This document shows, in pieces, positions 27,300 to 37,404 of a stretch of 64,000 bases of DNA. Origin of the DNA: Bacteroidota bacterium (lineage in GTDB: Bacteria; Bacteroidota; Bacteroidia; Bacteroidales; UBA7960). The translations under genes were made by a program, and so were the position numbers. How positions within the stretch are numbered: the stretch's first letter is position 1; each line of letters begins with the position of its first letter. The notes below the pieces were generated by a model, which was not told where the DNA came from, made no database searches, and was given only the letters and a program-made list of their open reading frames with translations. The DNA lies in contig JBBISA010000001.1 of the NCBI GenBank assembly GCA_037441525.1, positions 151,198 through 215,197 on the forward strand, read 5' to 3'.

Positions 27300-28028
27300 A
27301 TGAAGACTAAAAACAAATACGGCACACTTTACCTGATACCAGTTGGATTAGGCAATGATGATTTCCGGCGCACAATACCTGCCCATAATTCTTTGATAAT
27401 AAATAACTTAAATGATTTTATTGTCGAGGATATCCGTTCTTCTCGTCGAAATCTCCGCAAAATGGAATTTACAGGTGATTTCGACGCATGTAATTTTTAT
27501 GAATTGAATCAGCATACACACGAAAATGAAATACCCAATTTTTTAAACGGGCTTTTATTGGGGAAAAACGTGGGGCTTATGTCGGAAGCTGGAAATCCTT
27601 GTATTGCAGACCCAGGCAATAAAGTGGTATTACTTGCTCATTTAAAAGGTATTAGAATAGTTCCTCTGGTGGGTCCAAGTTCTATTCTCCTGGCTTTGAT
27701 ATCATCGGGTATGAATGGACAGAGTTTCACTTTTCATGGTTATCTGCCTATCGAAAAAAAAGATAGGCAGCAAAAAATACGTGAGATGCTAAAAACTATC
27801 GCCCATACTTCTCAAACCCAGATATTTATGGAAACACCATACCGTAATAATGCACTTTTAACAGATATTTTGGCCGAATGTAATGACCAGGTTCTGCTTT
27901 GCATTGCATCGGAGTTAACCACTGAATCAGAATCAATAACTACTGAACCTATTGGGTGGTGGAAAAAAAATACGCCCGATCTTCACAAAAAACCGAGCGT
28001 ATTCTTATTAGGAAAAGGTAATCTTTAG
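27300..28028 (+). CDS. SAM-dependent methyltransferase of the tetrapyrrole-methylase (RsmI-like) family
   Basis: 242 aa with N-terminal LYLIPVGLGN and the central motifs SEAGNPCIADPG and GPSS. Confidence 0.7.
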   Translation: MKTKNKYGTLYLIPVGLGNDDFRRTIPAHNSLIINNLNDFIVEDIRSSRRNLRKMEFTGDFDACNFYELNQHTHENEIPNFLNGLLLGKNVGLMSEAGNPCIADPGNKVVLLAHLKGIRIVPLVGPSSILLALISSGMNGQSFTFHGYLPIEKKDRQQKIREMLKTIAHTSQTQIFMETPYRNNALLTDILAECNDQVLLCIASELTTESESITTEPIGWWKKNTPDLHKKPSVFLLGKGNL

Positions 28029-28053
28029 CTTGCTTCAAAACAGTCCATTTGAG

Positions 28054-28923
28054 TTATTTTTTTGATGGGGGCAGAGCAGGTCGCTTGTGTCGGAAAGTGT
28101 AAATGAGTATACCAATGCCCAATAGAATCATTGGGATACTTAAAATCTGCCCCATATTAATTCCAAGGTTTTGCATAACATCAAAATCGAAATCGCCAGG
28201 TCGGGTTCCTTGTGGCTCTTTCCAGAACTCTACCACAAACCGCCAAATAAACAAGGTAATAAGGAAATATCCCGAAAGGAATCCTTCATAAAGTTTTCCA
28301 ATTCTTTTATAATACATCCACATCATGCTTAGGAAAATGAAAAGATATCCAAGTCCCTCATAAATTGCTGTTGGGTGAACCGGGTCTGTAAACCGTGGTT
28401 CGGCACCCCGCATCCATTGTGATACGTTCTCAATAAATCTGAATCCCCAGGGTTTATCAGTTACATAGCCATAAATTTCGTGGTTCATAAGATTTCCCAT
28501 CCTGATGAAGAGTGCCGCAAGAGCAACTGCGATAAGCAACCTGTCAACAGCCCATAAAAATGGTTTGCTGGAAACCTTTTTGTAATACCTTATCATGGCA
28601 ATAATAATTCCGAAAGCTCCGCCGTGGCTTGCAAGCCCACCCTGCCAGATATAAAATATCTCAACAGGATTTGAAATATAGTAATCAAAATCGTAAAAAA
28701 AACAGTGTCCTAAGCGAGCACCAACTACACTGCCAATAGCAATATGAATTAAAAGGCTGTCAATTTCATTCTGTCCAACATTTTCGCGCTTGAATATGCG
28801 CGATATAATTTCGTAGCCAATATAAAACGACAATGCCCAGAAAAGTCCGTACCACCTTACAGAAATAGGCCCAAGAGAGAAAATAACCGGACTCACTTCC
28901 CATGTAATCTGCAATAAAGTCAT
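28054..28923 (-). CDS. lgt: Prolipoprotein diacylglyceryl transferase
   Basis: A polytopic membrane protein with the Lgt motifs ISVRWYGL, GARLGH and GGLASHGG. Confidence 0.9.
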   Translation of the reverse strand: MTLLQITWEVSPVIFSLGPISVRWYGLFWALSFYIGYEIISRIFKRENVGQNEIDSLLIHIAIGSVVGARLGHCFFYDFDYYISNPVEIFYIWQGGLASHGGAFGIIIAMIRYYKKVSSKPFLWAVDRLLIAVALAALFIRMGNLMNHEIYGYVTDKPWGFRFIENVSQWMRGAEPRFTDPVHPTAIYEGLGYLFIFLSMMWMYYKRIGKLYEGFLSGYFLITLFIWRFVVEFWKEPQGTRPGDFDFDVMQNLGINMGQILSIPMILLGIGILIYTFRHKRPALPPSKK

Positions 28924-28937
28924 ATTGAAAAGGTTAA

Positions 28938-30140
28938 TTATTCAAAATCAATAAGTTCAACATCAAAAATAAGAGTTGCATCAGCGGGAATCGGGCCAAT
29001 ACCCCTTTGACCATAAGCCAGGTTAGAGGGAATAATAAAACGATACTTTGCCCCTACCCTCATCAGCGCAACTCCTTCATCCCAGCCTGTAATAACCTGC
29101 CCCTGACCAAGCACAAACCTGAAGGGTTGCCCTCTTTCTACTGAGGAGTCAAACATCTTTCCATCTGGCAAAAATCCTGAATAATGCACTGTAACTATGC
29201 TACCAGTCTCTGGAACACTATTCCTGCCTGCTTCAATTACCATATACTTCAAACCGCTGGGGGTAACCAAAGTATCCTTGTTTAATGTATTAAAGGGCTG
29301 AATTCTGGCAGATTCGATAGCATCAACAATATAAACATCAAAAATAAGGTTTGCTTTGGGTGGAATGGGGCCCCTTCCAAATTCGCCATAGGCCAACTGA
29401 TAAGGAACCCAGAGGCGGGCTTTGTCTCCCACCCTCAGGTAAGATAAACCTTCTTCCCAACCCCTGATTACCATACCACGGCCAAGGGTTAACTCAATAG
29501 GTTGATCTCTTTCGTAAGAAGAATCGAAAATTGAAAAATCTTCAAAAAAGCCAGTGTAATGAACCTTTACTTTCATTCCTGAAAGCAGCTGAACACCTCG
29601 CCCCTTCTCTACAATGGCATAGGACAATCCTGAAGGAGATTCTACTTTTGATGCTCCATCAGGAATTGTCATGGGTTTGGGAGCTGGAATTACATCAATA
29701 ATATTTACATTAAAAATCAGGGTGGAGTTGGCTGGGATATCGCCCACTGATCTGTCGCCGTAACCAAGTTCCGGGGGTATTTTAAGAATCGCTTCATCCC
29801 CTTCACCTAGTAATGTTATGGAAATATCCCAACCACTTATAACCTGTCCGGCACCCACCTTGAAAGAAACAGGTTCTCCCCTTTTATAACTGCTGTCGAT
29901 AAGTGTACTATCTTCAAGCATTAATGTATAATGAACCTTTACAATATCATTAAGAGCCGGCTTGATTCCGTTCCCTGATTTAACAACCATATAACTCAAT
30001 CCAGATTCATGAACAATGAAGGTGGGTTTTGTTTCCTGAATCATAAGTGTTTTGCATGAAGTCATCAGGAAAACAACCAATAATAAAACCCATGAGCCAT
30101 CAATATTTATCTGGGTTATTCTTCCTGTCAGGTTTTTCAT
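28938..30140 (-). CDS. Lipoprotein with three tandem FKBP-type peptidyl-prolyl isomerase domains
   Basis: There are three ~105-aa repeats, each with V.VHY.G....FDSS..R..P..F.LG.G.VI.GW.....M..G........P..LAYG.....IP....L.F.V.. The lipobox is FLMTSC. The start was set at the internal ATG at 30140. Confidence 0.85.
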   Translation of the reverse strand: MKNLTGRITQINIDGSWVLLLVVFLMTSCKTLMIQETKPTFIVHESGLSYMVVKSGNGIKPALNDIVKVHYTLMLEDSTLIDSSYKRGEPVSFKVGAGQVISGWDISITLLGEGDEAILKIPPELGYGDRSVGDIPANSTLIFNVNIIDVIPAPKPMTIPDGASKVESPSGLSYAIVEKGRGVQLLSGMKVKVHYTGFFEDFSIFDSSYERDQPIELTLGRGMVIRGWEEGLSYLRVGDKARLWVPYQLAYGEFGRGPIPPKANLIFDVYIVDAIESARIQPFNTLNKDTLVTPSGLKYMVIEAGRNSVPETGSIVTVHYSGFLPDGKMFDSSVERGQPFRFVLGQGQVITGWDEGVALMRVGAKYRFIIPSNLAYGQRGIGPIPADATLIFDVELIDFE

Positions 30141-30197
30141 AGAATTTAATGCGTTGTTAATCAGAGACCAAATGTTCAAAAATATTGTTTTAGAATT

Positions 30198-31073
30198 CTA
30201 CTTGGCACTTACCAATTCGATATCAAAGATAAGGGTAGAGAAAGGCTTAATAACCGGCCCTCTTTGAGCGTCACCGTATGCAATATGCGAAGGGATAATC
30301 AGTCTGGCTTTTGAACCCACTTTCAGTTTTGAAATTCCTTCATCCCAACCTCTTATCACCTGTCCCTGGCCAATAACAAATTCAAGTGGACCACGACCCA
30401 CGGATGTGTCGAAAACAGTACCATCGAGTACCATACCTGTATAGTTTACCTTGACGGTTTGACCTGAACGCGGCAGTGGTCCTCTGCCTTCTTGTTGAAC
30501 AATAATAATCAAGCCACTTTCTTCCGGCTTAGCAGTAATGTTATTTTCAGCAAGATACTTCTCAAGATTTGTCAGTTCCAACTGTGCTGCAACTTCCTGT
30601 TCCTTGAGCACCTCTTCCCTTTGCTTCTGCATATTTTGTTCATACTCCTCCTGTGTAAAGATTTCATGCATAAAAACATCTACATATAGAGTATCATCTT
30701 CCTTTATAAAAGGGGGTACATTAGGATAGCCAATTGTTACGGTAAAGAAATCAGCTGCTCTGAAAAGAAATGTTATACTGTCTCCCTTGGACATTAAGCG
30801 AAGACCCTCGTAAATATCTCCTGCATAACCTGAAGAGTCAATCCGGATATACTGAGGGGCGCCGCTCATTTTACTTTCAAACAAAACAGAATCCGCCGGA
30901 AAGCGATATGCAAAATCGATCTTTACAATATTATCAATGGATGGTTTTGGTCCTTTATTTTTTGTGTGATGCTTATAAGTTAGTCCGGTATCAGTTGTCT
31001 TATACCCTCCCTGTTGGCATGAAACAGCAATGAACAAAAGAATTAGTGTCGGTAGAATCAGAATTTTTTTCAT
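30198..31073 (-). CDS. FKBP-type peptidyl-prolyl isomerase lipoprotein (FklB/FkpA-like)
   Basis: The lipobox is IAVSC. A central coiled coil precedes a canonical C-terminal FKBP domain (VKVNYTGMVLDGTVFDTS...GQGQVIRGWDEG). Confidence 0.85.
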   Translation of the reverse strand: MKKILILPTLILLFIAVSCQQGGYKTTDTGLTYKHHTKNKGPKPSIDNIVKIDFAYRFPADSVLFESKMSGAPQYIRIDSSGYAGDIYEGLRLMSKGDSITFLFRAADFFTVTIGYPNVPPFIKEDDTLYVDVFMHEIFTQEEYEQNMQKQREEVLKEQEVAAQLELTNLEKYLAENNITAKPEESGLIIIVQQEGRGPLPRSGQTVKVNYTGMVLDGTVFDTSVGRGPLEFVIGQGQVIRGWDEGISKLKVGSKARLIIPSHIAYGDAQRGPVIKPFSTLIFDIELVSAK

Positions 31074-31205
31074 AAAGTTTTACTAGATTTTTTATACCAT
31101 CAATTATAAGGCATCAAACTAAATATGAATGCTTATTGTAAGGCTGGCACGAATGAACAATTTAGATTAATTAAAGTTATATTAATGAATTTATTATATA
31201 GAATT

Positions 31206-31742
31206 TCAGTCTCTTAAGGCAATAAGTTCAATATCATAAATTATTGTTGCCCTTGAAGGGATTTTTAACCCATCGCCAGGCACCCCATGAGCAAGATGCG
31301 ATGGCAAAATTAATTTTGCCTTGTCGCCCACCCGTAACAGGAGAATTCCTTCTTCAAGACCCGATTCAACTCCACCTTTGCCTATCAAAAACTCTCCTGG
31401 TTGGTTTTTCTCCCTCGACGAATAAATTATATCGCCAGTTATCAGACTAATAGTGTAATGGAATACAGCAGTTTTATTGTTCTCAGTATTTCTACCCTTC
31501 CCGGTTTCGTATATCATATAGCGTAATCCTGAACCAGTGTGTTCAACAATCCAACCATTGCGTGCAATGAAGTCCTTTATTTCCTGATCTTCAGCATCAA
31601 TTAAATAGGTATTCGCCAGGAGTAACTGCTCCTTTAATTCCTGTGAATCAGTATTTTTTGTGTTATCTCCATTGTTCCTCCCAACACAAGAAATCCAAAA
31701 GAGCTGGGAAAAAAAAAGTATAATCAGCAATGGTTTAATCAT
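31206..31742 (-). CDS. FKBP-type peptidyl-prolyl isomerase
   Basis: 178 aa with a signal peptide and an FKBP domain (FHYTISLITGDIIYSS...IGKGGVESGLEEG...LAHG). Confidence 0.8.
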   Translation of the reverse strand: MIKPLLIILFFSQLFWISCVGRNNGDNTKNTDSQELKEQLLLANTYLIDAEDQEIKDFIARNGWIVEHTGSGLRYMIYETGKGRNTENNKTAVFHYTISLITGDIIYSSREKNQPGEFLIGKGGVESGLEEGILLLRVGDKAKLILPSHLAHGVPGDGLKIPSRATIIYDIELIALRD

Positions 31743-31778
31743 TTCTGGTTTTAAAGATGATAATTAAAGGGTGCAAAG

Positions 31779-32837
31779 TTAAAGAATATCCTGTACATCT
31801 CTTAACAGAACGAAATCATTGGCAGATAAATCCTTAATAAGTTTCTCAAAATGTGCTATAGTATGCTGCAGCGAATTATGGCTATGCCCGCCTGATGCAT
31901 TTTTATGCCCACCTCCACTATAAAAATTCCGAGCCAAATAATTTACACTCAGGCTGCCTTCTGAGCGAAAGGAAATCTTAATTCTATCTTCCTTTTCAAT
32001 AAATATTGCGGCCAGGCAAATGCCTTTAATGCTAAGCGCATAGTTGACAACGCCTTCGGTATCGCCATCTTCATGATTAAATCGCAATAAATCATCAACA
32101 GATAAATAAATAAATGCAGTTTTACAATCATGCAGTACCCTTAACCTCTCGCTCAGGCAAAAGCCCAGAAGCCTCATTCGATTTTCGGAATATGTATCAT
32201 ATATTAGCCTGTGAATTTTTTCTCCATCAACACCCAACTCTATATACTCTGCCACAATATTGTAGGTTGATGCAAAGTTACAGCTGTAACTAAATGATCC
32301 AGTGTCAGTAACAATTCCTGCATAAAGACAATCGGCAATTTTTTTATCAATTCTGTTTTTTGGATACAAAGCCTTGATGAATAGGTAAATCAACTCTGAG
32401 GTCGATGATACATCTATCACCGAATAAATGATATCAAAATGGGATTTCGGTTCTGGATGATGATCTATCAATACTTTCAATCCCTTTGCACCTCTCATCG
32501 AAGACTCAAGAGATGCTGTCCTGGCAAGATCATTAAAGTCAAGACAAAAAATTATTTCGGTTTGTTCAATAATCTGTTCTGACAAAGATTGATTATCTGG
32601 GGTATCGGCAATAAGTATATTGTCTGCTCCCGGCATCCAGGCAAGAAAAGATGGATAACCACTTGGCAATATGGATTTTACATTTGTAAACCCGTTGTTT
32701 AGCAAAAAATGATAAAGACCAAGTACCGATCCAAGGGCATCGCCATCGGGATTAATATGACTTATAAGCGTAATCCTTACATTTTTATCTGCCAATAAAG
32801 ATATTACCCTTTCTATCCCCTGAAAATTTAAATTCAT
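31779..32837 (-). CDS. nrnA: DHH-family phosphoesterase (NrnA-like oligoribonuclease/pAp phosphatase)
   Basis: It has the motifs HINPDGDALGS, DHH and the DHHA1 motif GGGHKNASGG. Confidence 0.8.
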   Translation of the reverse strand: MNLNFQGIERVISLLADKNVRITLISHINPDGDALGSVLGLYHFLLNNGFTNVKSILPSGYPSFLAWMPGADNILIADTPDNQSLSEQIIEQTEIIFCLDFNDLARTASLESSMRGAKGLKVLIDHHPEPKSHFDIIYSVIDVSSTSELIYLFIKALYPKNRIDKKIADCLYAGIVTDTGSFSYSCNFASTYNIVAEYIELGVDGEKIHRLIYDTYSENRMRLLGFCLSERLRVLHDCKTAFIYLSVDDLLRFNHEDGDTEGVVNYALSIKGICLAAIFIEKEDRIKISFRSEGSLSVNYLARNFYSGGGHKNASGGHSHNSLQHTIAHFEKLIKDLSANDFVLLRDVQDIL

Positions 32838-33028
32838 TTGTTAAAACAAAAATTTGTTAATGGTGTTTATTTAACCATAGAAATTTTGATAATAACCTTA
32901 TAATTGTGCAAAGATATGAAAAATGACCAGCGCAAAACTGTTTCAATCAATACCAAGGATATTTTTAGAATTACTAAGTAAATTTTAAACCATTTCAAAT
33001 TATTCTAACAATAATAAAACAAGAGCCA

Positions 33029-33448
33029 ATGTCAGGAAACACTACACTTATGATTATTAAGCCCGATGCTGTTGCCAATGGGCACGCAGGTGCAATTTTA
33101 GCCATGATTTGCAATGCAGGATTCAAAATTACAGCAATTAAAATGCTTAAACTATCCCTTGACCAAGCTCAGGCTTTCTATAAAATCCATGAAGGCCGTG
33201 ATTTTTATGAACGATTGACTAACTTTATGTCATCGGGGCCTATTGTTGCTGCAATTATTGAAAAGGATAATGCGGTAGCCGATTACAGAAATCTTATTGG
33301 AACTACAGATCCGGCCAAAGCTGATGAAGGGACTGTTAGAAAACTGTATGGAACAAATACTGCTCTTAATGCAGTGCATGGTTCCGACTCTGATGAAAAT
33401 GCAATTATTGAGGCTGCCTTCTTTTTTAATTCATTTGAAAGGTTTTAG
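33029..33448 (+). CDS. ndk: Nucleoside-diphosphate kinase
   Basis: 139 aa with the motifs LMIIKPDAV and NAVHGSDS (active-site His). Confidence 0.95.
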   Translation: MSGNTTLMIIKPDAVANGHAGAILAMICNAGFKITAIKMLKLSLDQAQAFYKIHEGRDFYERLTNFMSSGPIVAAIIEKDNAVADYRNLIGTTDPAKADEGTVRKLYGTNTALNAVHGSDSDENAIIEAAFFFNSFERF

Positions 33449-33954
33449 TCAGGGTTTTCTGAAGGAAAAAACTCATCAAAAGTATTGTCTGAATAAAAGG
33501 CAATTATTCTTTTTATTTTCTTTCTTGCAGTCATCTCCTTTTTTTCAGCTTTAATTTGCTGATTATTAGTGTTTTTATGTTTTAATTCATCAATTCTTTC
33601 CTTTTCAGGAGTTGCTTCTTTAAAGGTAGTTTCTGTTTTGTTCTCTTTTATTTCATTCCTGGAAGGATATTCTTTGGGATCGGCAACAGCTTTTGCATCA
33701 GATGGCGTAAAAGCTTCATCCATATTAGAAAACAATCCGGGTTCTGAGTCAAATATTGAACCTACACCTTTTACAAGCCAGTCAGTGTTGATTTCCGGAT
33801 AATGTTCAAGTACTTTTTGTATGAATTCAAGGCTTGGTTTATTCCTTTCTGATAGAATATGGCTTATAGTCGACCTGGGTACATCTAATTGATCTGCAAA
33901 TTTTGCAGCAGTGAGATGATAGCGATTTAAAATTTCTTGTATTCTGTTTACCAT
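33445..33954 (-). CDS. XRE-type helix-turn-helix domain protein with a low-complexity C-terminus
   Basis: The HTH region is LTAAKFADQLDVPRSTISHILSERNKPS. The start was set at the internal ATG (MVNRIQEIL). Confidence 0.65.
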   Translation of the reverse strand: MVNRIQEILNRYHLTAAKFADQLDVPRSTISHILSERNKPSLEFIQKVLEHYPEINTDWLVKGVGSIFDSEPGLFSNMDEAFTPSDAKAVADPKEYPSRNEIKENKTETTFKEATPEKERIDELKHKNTNNQQIKAEKKEMTARKKIKRIIAFYSDNTFDEFFPSENPD

Positions 33955-34380
33955 TGTGAAAAAGCATTGATAACAAATGTAATAATTATATCTCTTATCG
34001 CGATTTACGCCTGTAACTTTAACAATTGGCAAATAGTTTACAATTGTACACACTTAAATTATTCACTTCTTTGTTTAATTACAAGTTATATATTATTGTT
34101 TACCTGCTATTTAGACATTTTTTTTTTCAATAAGAAAACATTGATCGCAAGGCATCATTCGCAGCCTATAACTTAAACAAATACATCATGTAAGCTTATT
34201 ATAATACAGATAATTAATTGTTTATATATCAATTAAACTATAAAAATTATTGTATTTGGCTAATTTATGAATGTAAACAATATTGTCATCAGTAATTTCT
34301 TGTTGATATTTGTGAAATGCATTAATAAGAGCATATTAAACATTATGAATTACGTTTGTGAACTACTAATGATTCCAGCA

Positions 34381-34432
34381 GTTTACATTATTGAATTGCA
34401 GCTGTTTTATTGAATGTTTACATTATTGAATT
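34381..34432 (+). repeat. Two exact 17-nt direct repeats (GTTTACATTATTGAATT) 35 nt apart
   Basis: The exact copies lie at 34381..34397 and 34416..34432. An inverted partial copy (AATGTAAAC) lies at 34270..34278. All are inside a ~0.9-kb AT-rich non-coding region. Confidence 0.6.
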
Positions 34433-34910
34433 ATTATTTGCAATTATTATTACAATCATTGCCAAATTTTACGCAGCATAATTTCTATAAGATTATTTGG
34501 AACTAAGGTTGAACCCAATAAAACAGTTTCGACTAAATATAGGTCATTTACTCCTACTCTTTTGCTTGTACTATTGTTCAAACTTACTTTCTGATTTAAT
34601 TGGCATTTAGTATGAATACTTTAGAGCTTAATAGATGAGTTTAATTAAATTAATATCAGAATATTACAGCTTTGCAAAGGGCATTTTATCTCTCTGAGAA
34701 TAGCGTATTGTAAATTATCCTGTAAGTTTCCCAGAATATTGAAACCTGAAGCGGGAATCAAAGGAATAAAAATCTATGTTGTGGAAGCTTAATGAGTAAC
34801 TTAGAAATTTGTGCTAAGAAGAATGTCAAATAGTATTTCTAACAATTACATGAATTGCATATTATAAATCATATTTTATCCTAATAATGCAAAAAAACAA
34901 AAGAACCTGA

Positions 34911-36614
34911 TTAAAACTTAACTGCCTTAATAATTTCGGATCGATCCTTAAAATTAACCCTAATGAGATACATGCCCAAATCTAAAACGGAAATATCGGT
35001 AAAAGGCTTTATGATATTCAGTCCGGGATTTACAGCAATTCGATCTTTCATGAGTACTCTTTGGCCACTGGTATTTATTAACTCAACCGTAATATATTCA
35101 TTAGAAAAGGCATAAAAGGAGAGTGACGATTCAGGCCTTAATGGATTATGCAGGAGCCTTATAAATTGGTTATCATGAATTTGTTTTTTGAGCAGAGCCG
35201 ACGCTTTCGAAAAATCAGGGATACCAAAGCCATAAAGCGAATCTGGTTGATGATATCTGTCGGCACTTCTAATAATAGCCTGCTTTATATCGGCAGCGGT
35301 GGCTTCCGGATTTTCTTGCCACAAACATGCCGCCATGCCTGCTATAATAGGTGAAGAAAAAGATGTACCATTGGCAAAAGAAATATCACCCATTGTATTC
35401 ACGATCGCAACACCTTGGCCCTGAGCCATAACCTGCGGTTTTATCCTACGGTCGGGAGTGGGCCCAACCGAACTAAAACTGGCTTTGACTCCTTTATGAT
35501 CAACCCCACCAACAGCCAAAACACCCTGAGCATCGGCCGGAGCACCAATATATTTCCAACTCTGAGTCCCATAGTTTCCACCACTGTTTACAACTAAAAT
35601 TCCACGGCTATAAGCCATATTTGCGGCTCTTGACACCACAGTGCTAGCTCCGTTCAAATCGGAATAGGAGTAGTTTTGGGTAGGGTCATCGAAAGTGCTG
35701 TATCCTAAAGAAGAATTAATTATATCAACCCCAACACTATCGGCAAATTCGGCTCCAGCTAACCAATTATATTCTTCTACCCTATACTCTGTAGCTCCAT
35801 CTTCGGTTCTTAATAACCAGTAAGTGGCCTGTGGTGCTAATCCTTTATAGAAACCATGGTGGTTTGCGGCCATTACTGATAATACAAATGTACCGTGTGA
35901 GTGGCCGTTGTAGAGCTCAGGTTTATTTTGAACGAAATCGTGAAATCCGGCTATCCGGTTGTAAATCCATAAGTCCTGGAATACATTCATAGTATCCACA
36001 GCTCTGAAACCGGCATCCAGAACGGCAATTATTTTCCCTTCACCCCATAATCCTTTCTGGTGTATCGATTCTCCTTTTACCATAAGTATCTGGTTCTGTG
36101 CTGCGCCATAATCTGCAAACTGATGCTGCAGGGAGGTTGCTGAAAAGGGAAAATTTCCTGCGAGTAATCCATTGTTTGGATAACTATCAGAAAATTCATT
36201 TGTTCCGATTACATTCTGTGTCCCTTTTTTATTGGTTGCGGGTTTGGCTAAGGGTCGGGTTATTTCTTTAGAAGCAATGAAATTGAAGTGATTTAGCTGA
36301 GCAAGGGTTTCTTCATCGCGGGCAGAAAACATTGCCCCATTGAACCATCGGCTTGAGTAATAAAAAGTAAAACCATCAAGGCCAATAATTGAATCTATAT
36401 ATGCCCTGTTTACAGGAAAATCATAATAATCAATGGGTATTGCTTGTTTTTGACGACGTTCTATGGCTCTGGGCGAAAGGAATTCATGGGGTCTTGAAAG
36501 GCTAAAGTTATTATGGTTTTTATCTTTAAACTCTACCCAAATCATCAATCCGTTTGAGGAACTGACTGAAAGAGCAACACTTAATAATAATTGGAAAAAC
36601 AGGAACCTCTTCAT
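34911..36614 (-). CDS. Secreted S8 (subtilisin-family) serine peptidase with a T9SS C-terminal sorting domain
   Basis: The catalytic triad motifs are AVLDAGF, HGTFV and GTSFSSP. A signal peptide follows the internal ATG (MKRFLFFQLLL). The C-terminal ~80-aa beta-sandwich tail (...GMYLIRVNF...IKAVKF) is typical of Por secretion CTDs. Confidence 0.85.
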   Translation of the reverse strand: MKRFLFFQLLLSVALSVSSSNGLMIWVEFKDKNHNNFSLSRPHEFLSPRAIERRQKQAIPIDYYDFPVNRAYIDSIIGLDGFTFYYSSRWFNGAMFSARDEETLAQLNHFNFIASKEITRPLAKPATNKKGTQNVIGTNEFSDSYPNNGLLAGNFPFSATSLQHQFADYGAAQNQILMVKGESIHQKGLWGEGKIIAVLDAGFRAVDTMNVFQDLWIYNRIAGFHDFVQNKPELYNGHSHGTFVLSVMAANHHGFYKGLAPQATYWLLRTEDGATEYRVEEYNWLAGAEFADSVGVDIINSSLGYSTFDDPTQNYSYSDLNGASTVVSRAANMAYSRGILVVNSGGNYGTQSWKYIGAPADAQGVLAVGGVDHKGVKASFSSVGPTPDRRIKPQVMAQGQGVAIVNTMGDISFANGTSFSSPIIAGMAACLWQENPEATAADIKQAIIRSADRYHQPDSLYGFGIPDFSKASALLKKQIHDNQFIRLLHNPLRPESSLSFYAFSNEYITVELINTSGQRVLMKDRIAVNPGLNIIKPFTDISVLDLGMYLIRVNFKDRSEIIKAVKF

Positions 36615-36675
36615 ATAAGGATATATTAGTGTCTTAAACAGTTTCGTTTGAACATTGTTCTCTCTCAAAAGCTCT

Positions 36676-37356
36676 TTAATCCTTTCCAAAATCAATGAGA
36701 TGGTATGAGTAATCAACGCCTCTTGTTATCGTACCATCAATTTCCTTTTGCAATGCAACAAACTTTTTAATAATCATACCTACACCTGTAGCATATACTT
36801 CATATTGCAGATCCCTGCCAATAAGGGTAGTAAAATCCTTTTGCAAAACGGTTATTGTGGAATCGAAAAGAAGATTGTCTATGTTGGCAGGTTTGTGCAT
36901 TTCAGTAATCCTGTAATTTTGATGAACAAGATTGTTGTACTGGTTGCCGTTCCAGGTAAGATTGCGTTTAACGGGGAAAGACAATTTAATAAATGTGATG
37001 TTTTCTTCTGTTTTAAGAGCATGATGCATTGTAAGTGAAGACGTCCAGACATTTTTAATGGTCCACGGGTCGTTATTATCTTTTCGGTAAAACCTTTCGA
37101 TTCTCATTCTTTTTTCACCCTGGCTATCGGTAAAAAATGCATCATTTACTTCTTTTACCTGGTATTTGAAACTGATAATCTTACCCAAAAAATCATCATA
37201 CACGATACTATCAACACGATAGACTTTCCACAAGCCTTCTTGATGGGCAAAATATTCGGTACCTGTATAGGCGGGCTCTCCCACCATTGTATCGCATGAG
37301 GTTATAAGAAAAAGAAATAATACTAATAGAAGTGAAGGTTTAAGGTTTATTATCAT
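36676..37356 (-). CDS. Hypothetical lipoprotein
   Basis: 226 aa with the lipobox LITSC. I recognised no other motif. Confidence 0.55.
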   Translation of the reverse strand: MIINLKPSLLLVLFLFLITSCDTMVGEPAYTGTEYFAHQEGLWKVYRVDSIVYDDFLGKIISFKYQVKEVNDAFFTDSQGEKRMRIERFYRKDNNDPWTIKNVWTSSLTMHHALKTEENITFIKLSFPVKRNLTWNGNQYNNLVHQNYRITEMHKPANIDNLLFDSTITVLQKDFTTLIGRDLQYEVYATGVGMIIKKFVALQKEIDGTITRGVDYSYHLIDFGKD

Positions 37357-37404
37357 TAACGCGGGATTTTTCCTACTAAAGATACAAAATGTTTTGGCTG
37401 TATA

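Noticed and set aside
33937-34176. 79-aa plus-strand ORF at the edge of the long AT-rich region.
   Set aside because: The translation is Ile/Leu/Tyr-rich, as expected from AT-rich non-coding DNA. It overlaps the HTH gene start on the opposite strand.
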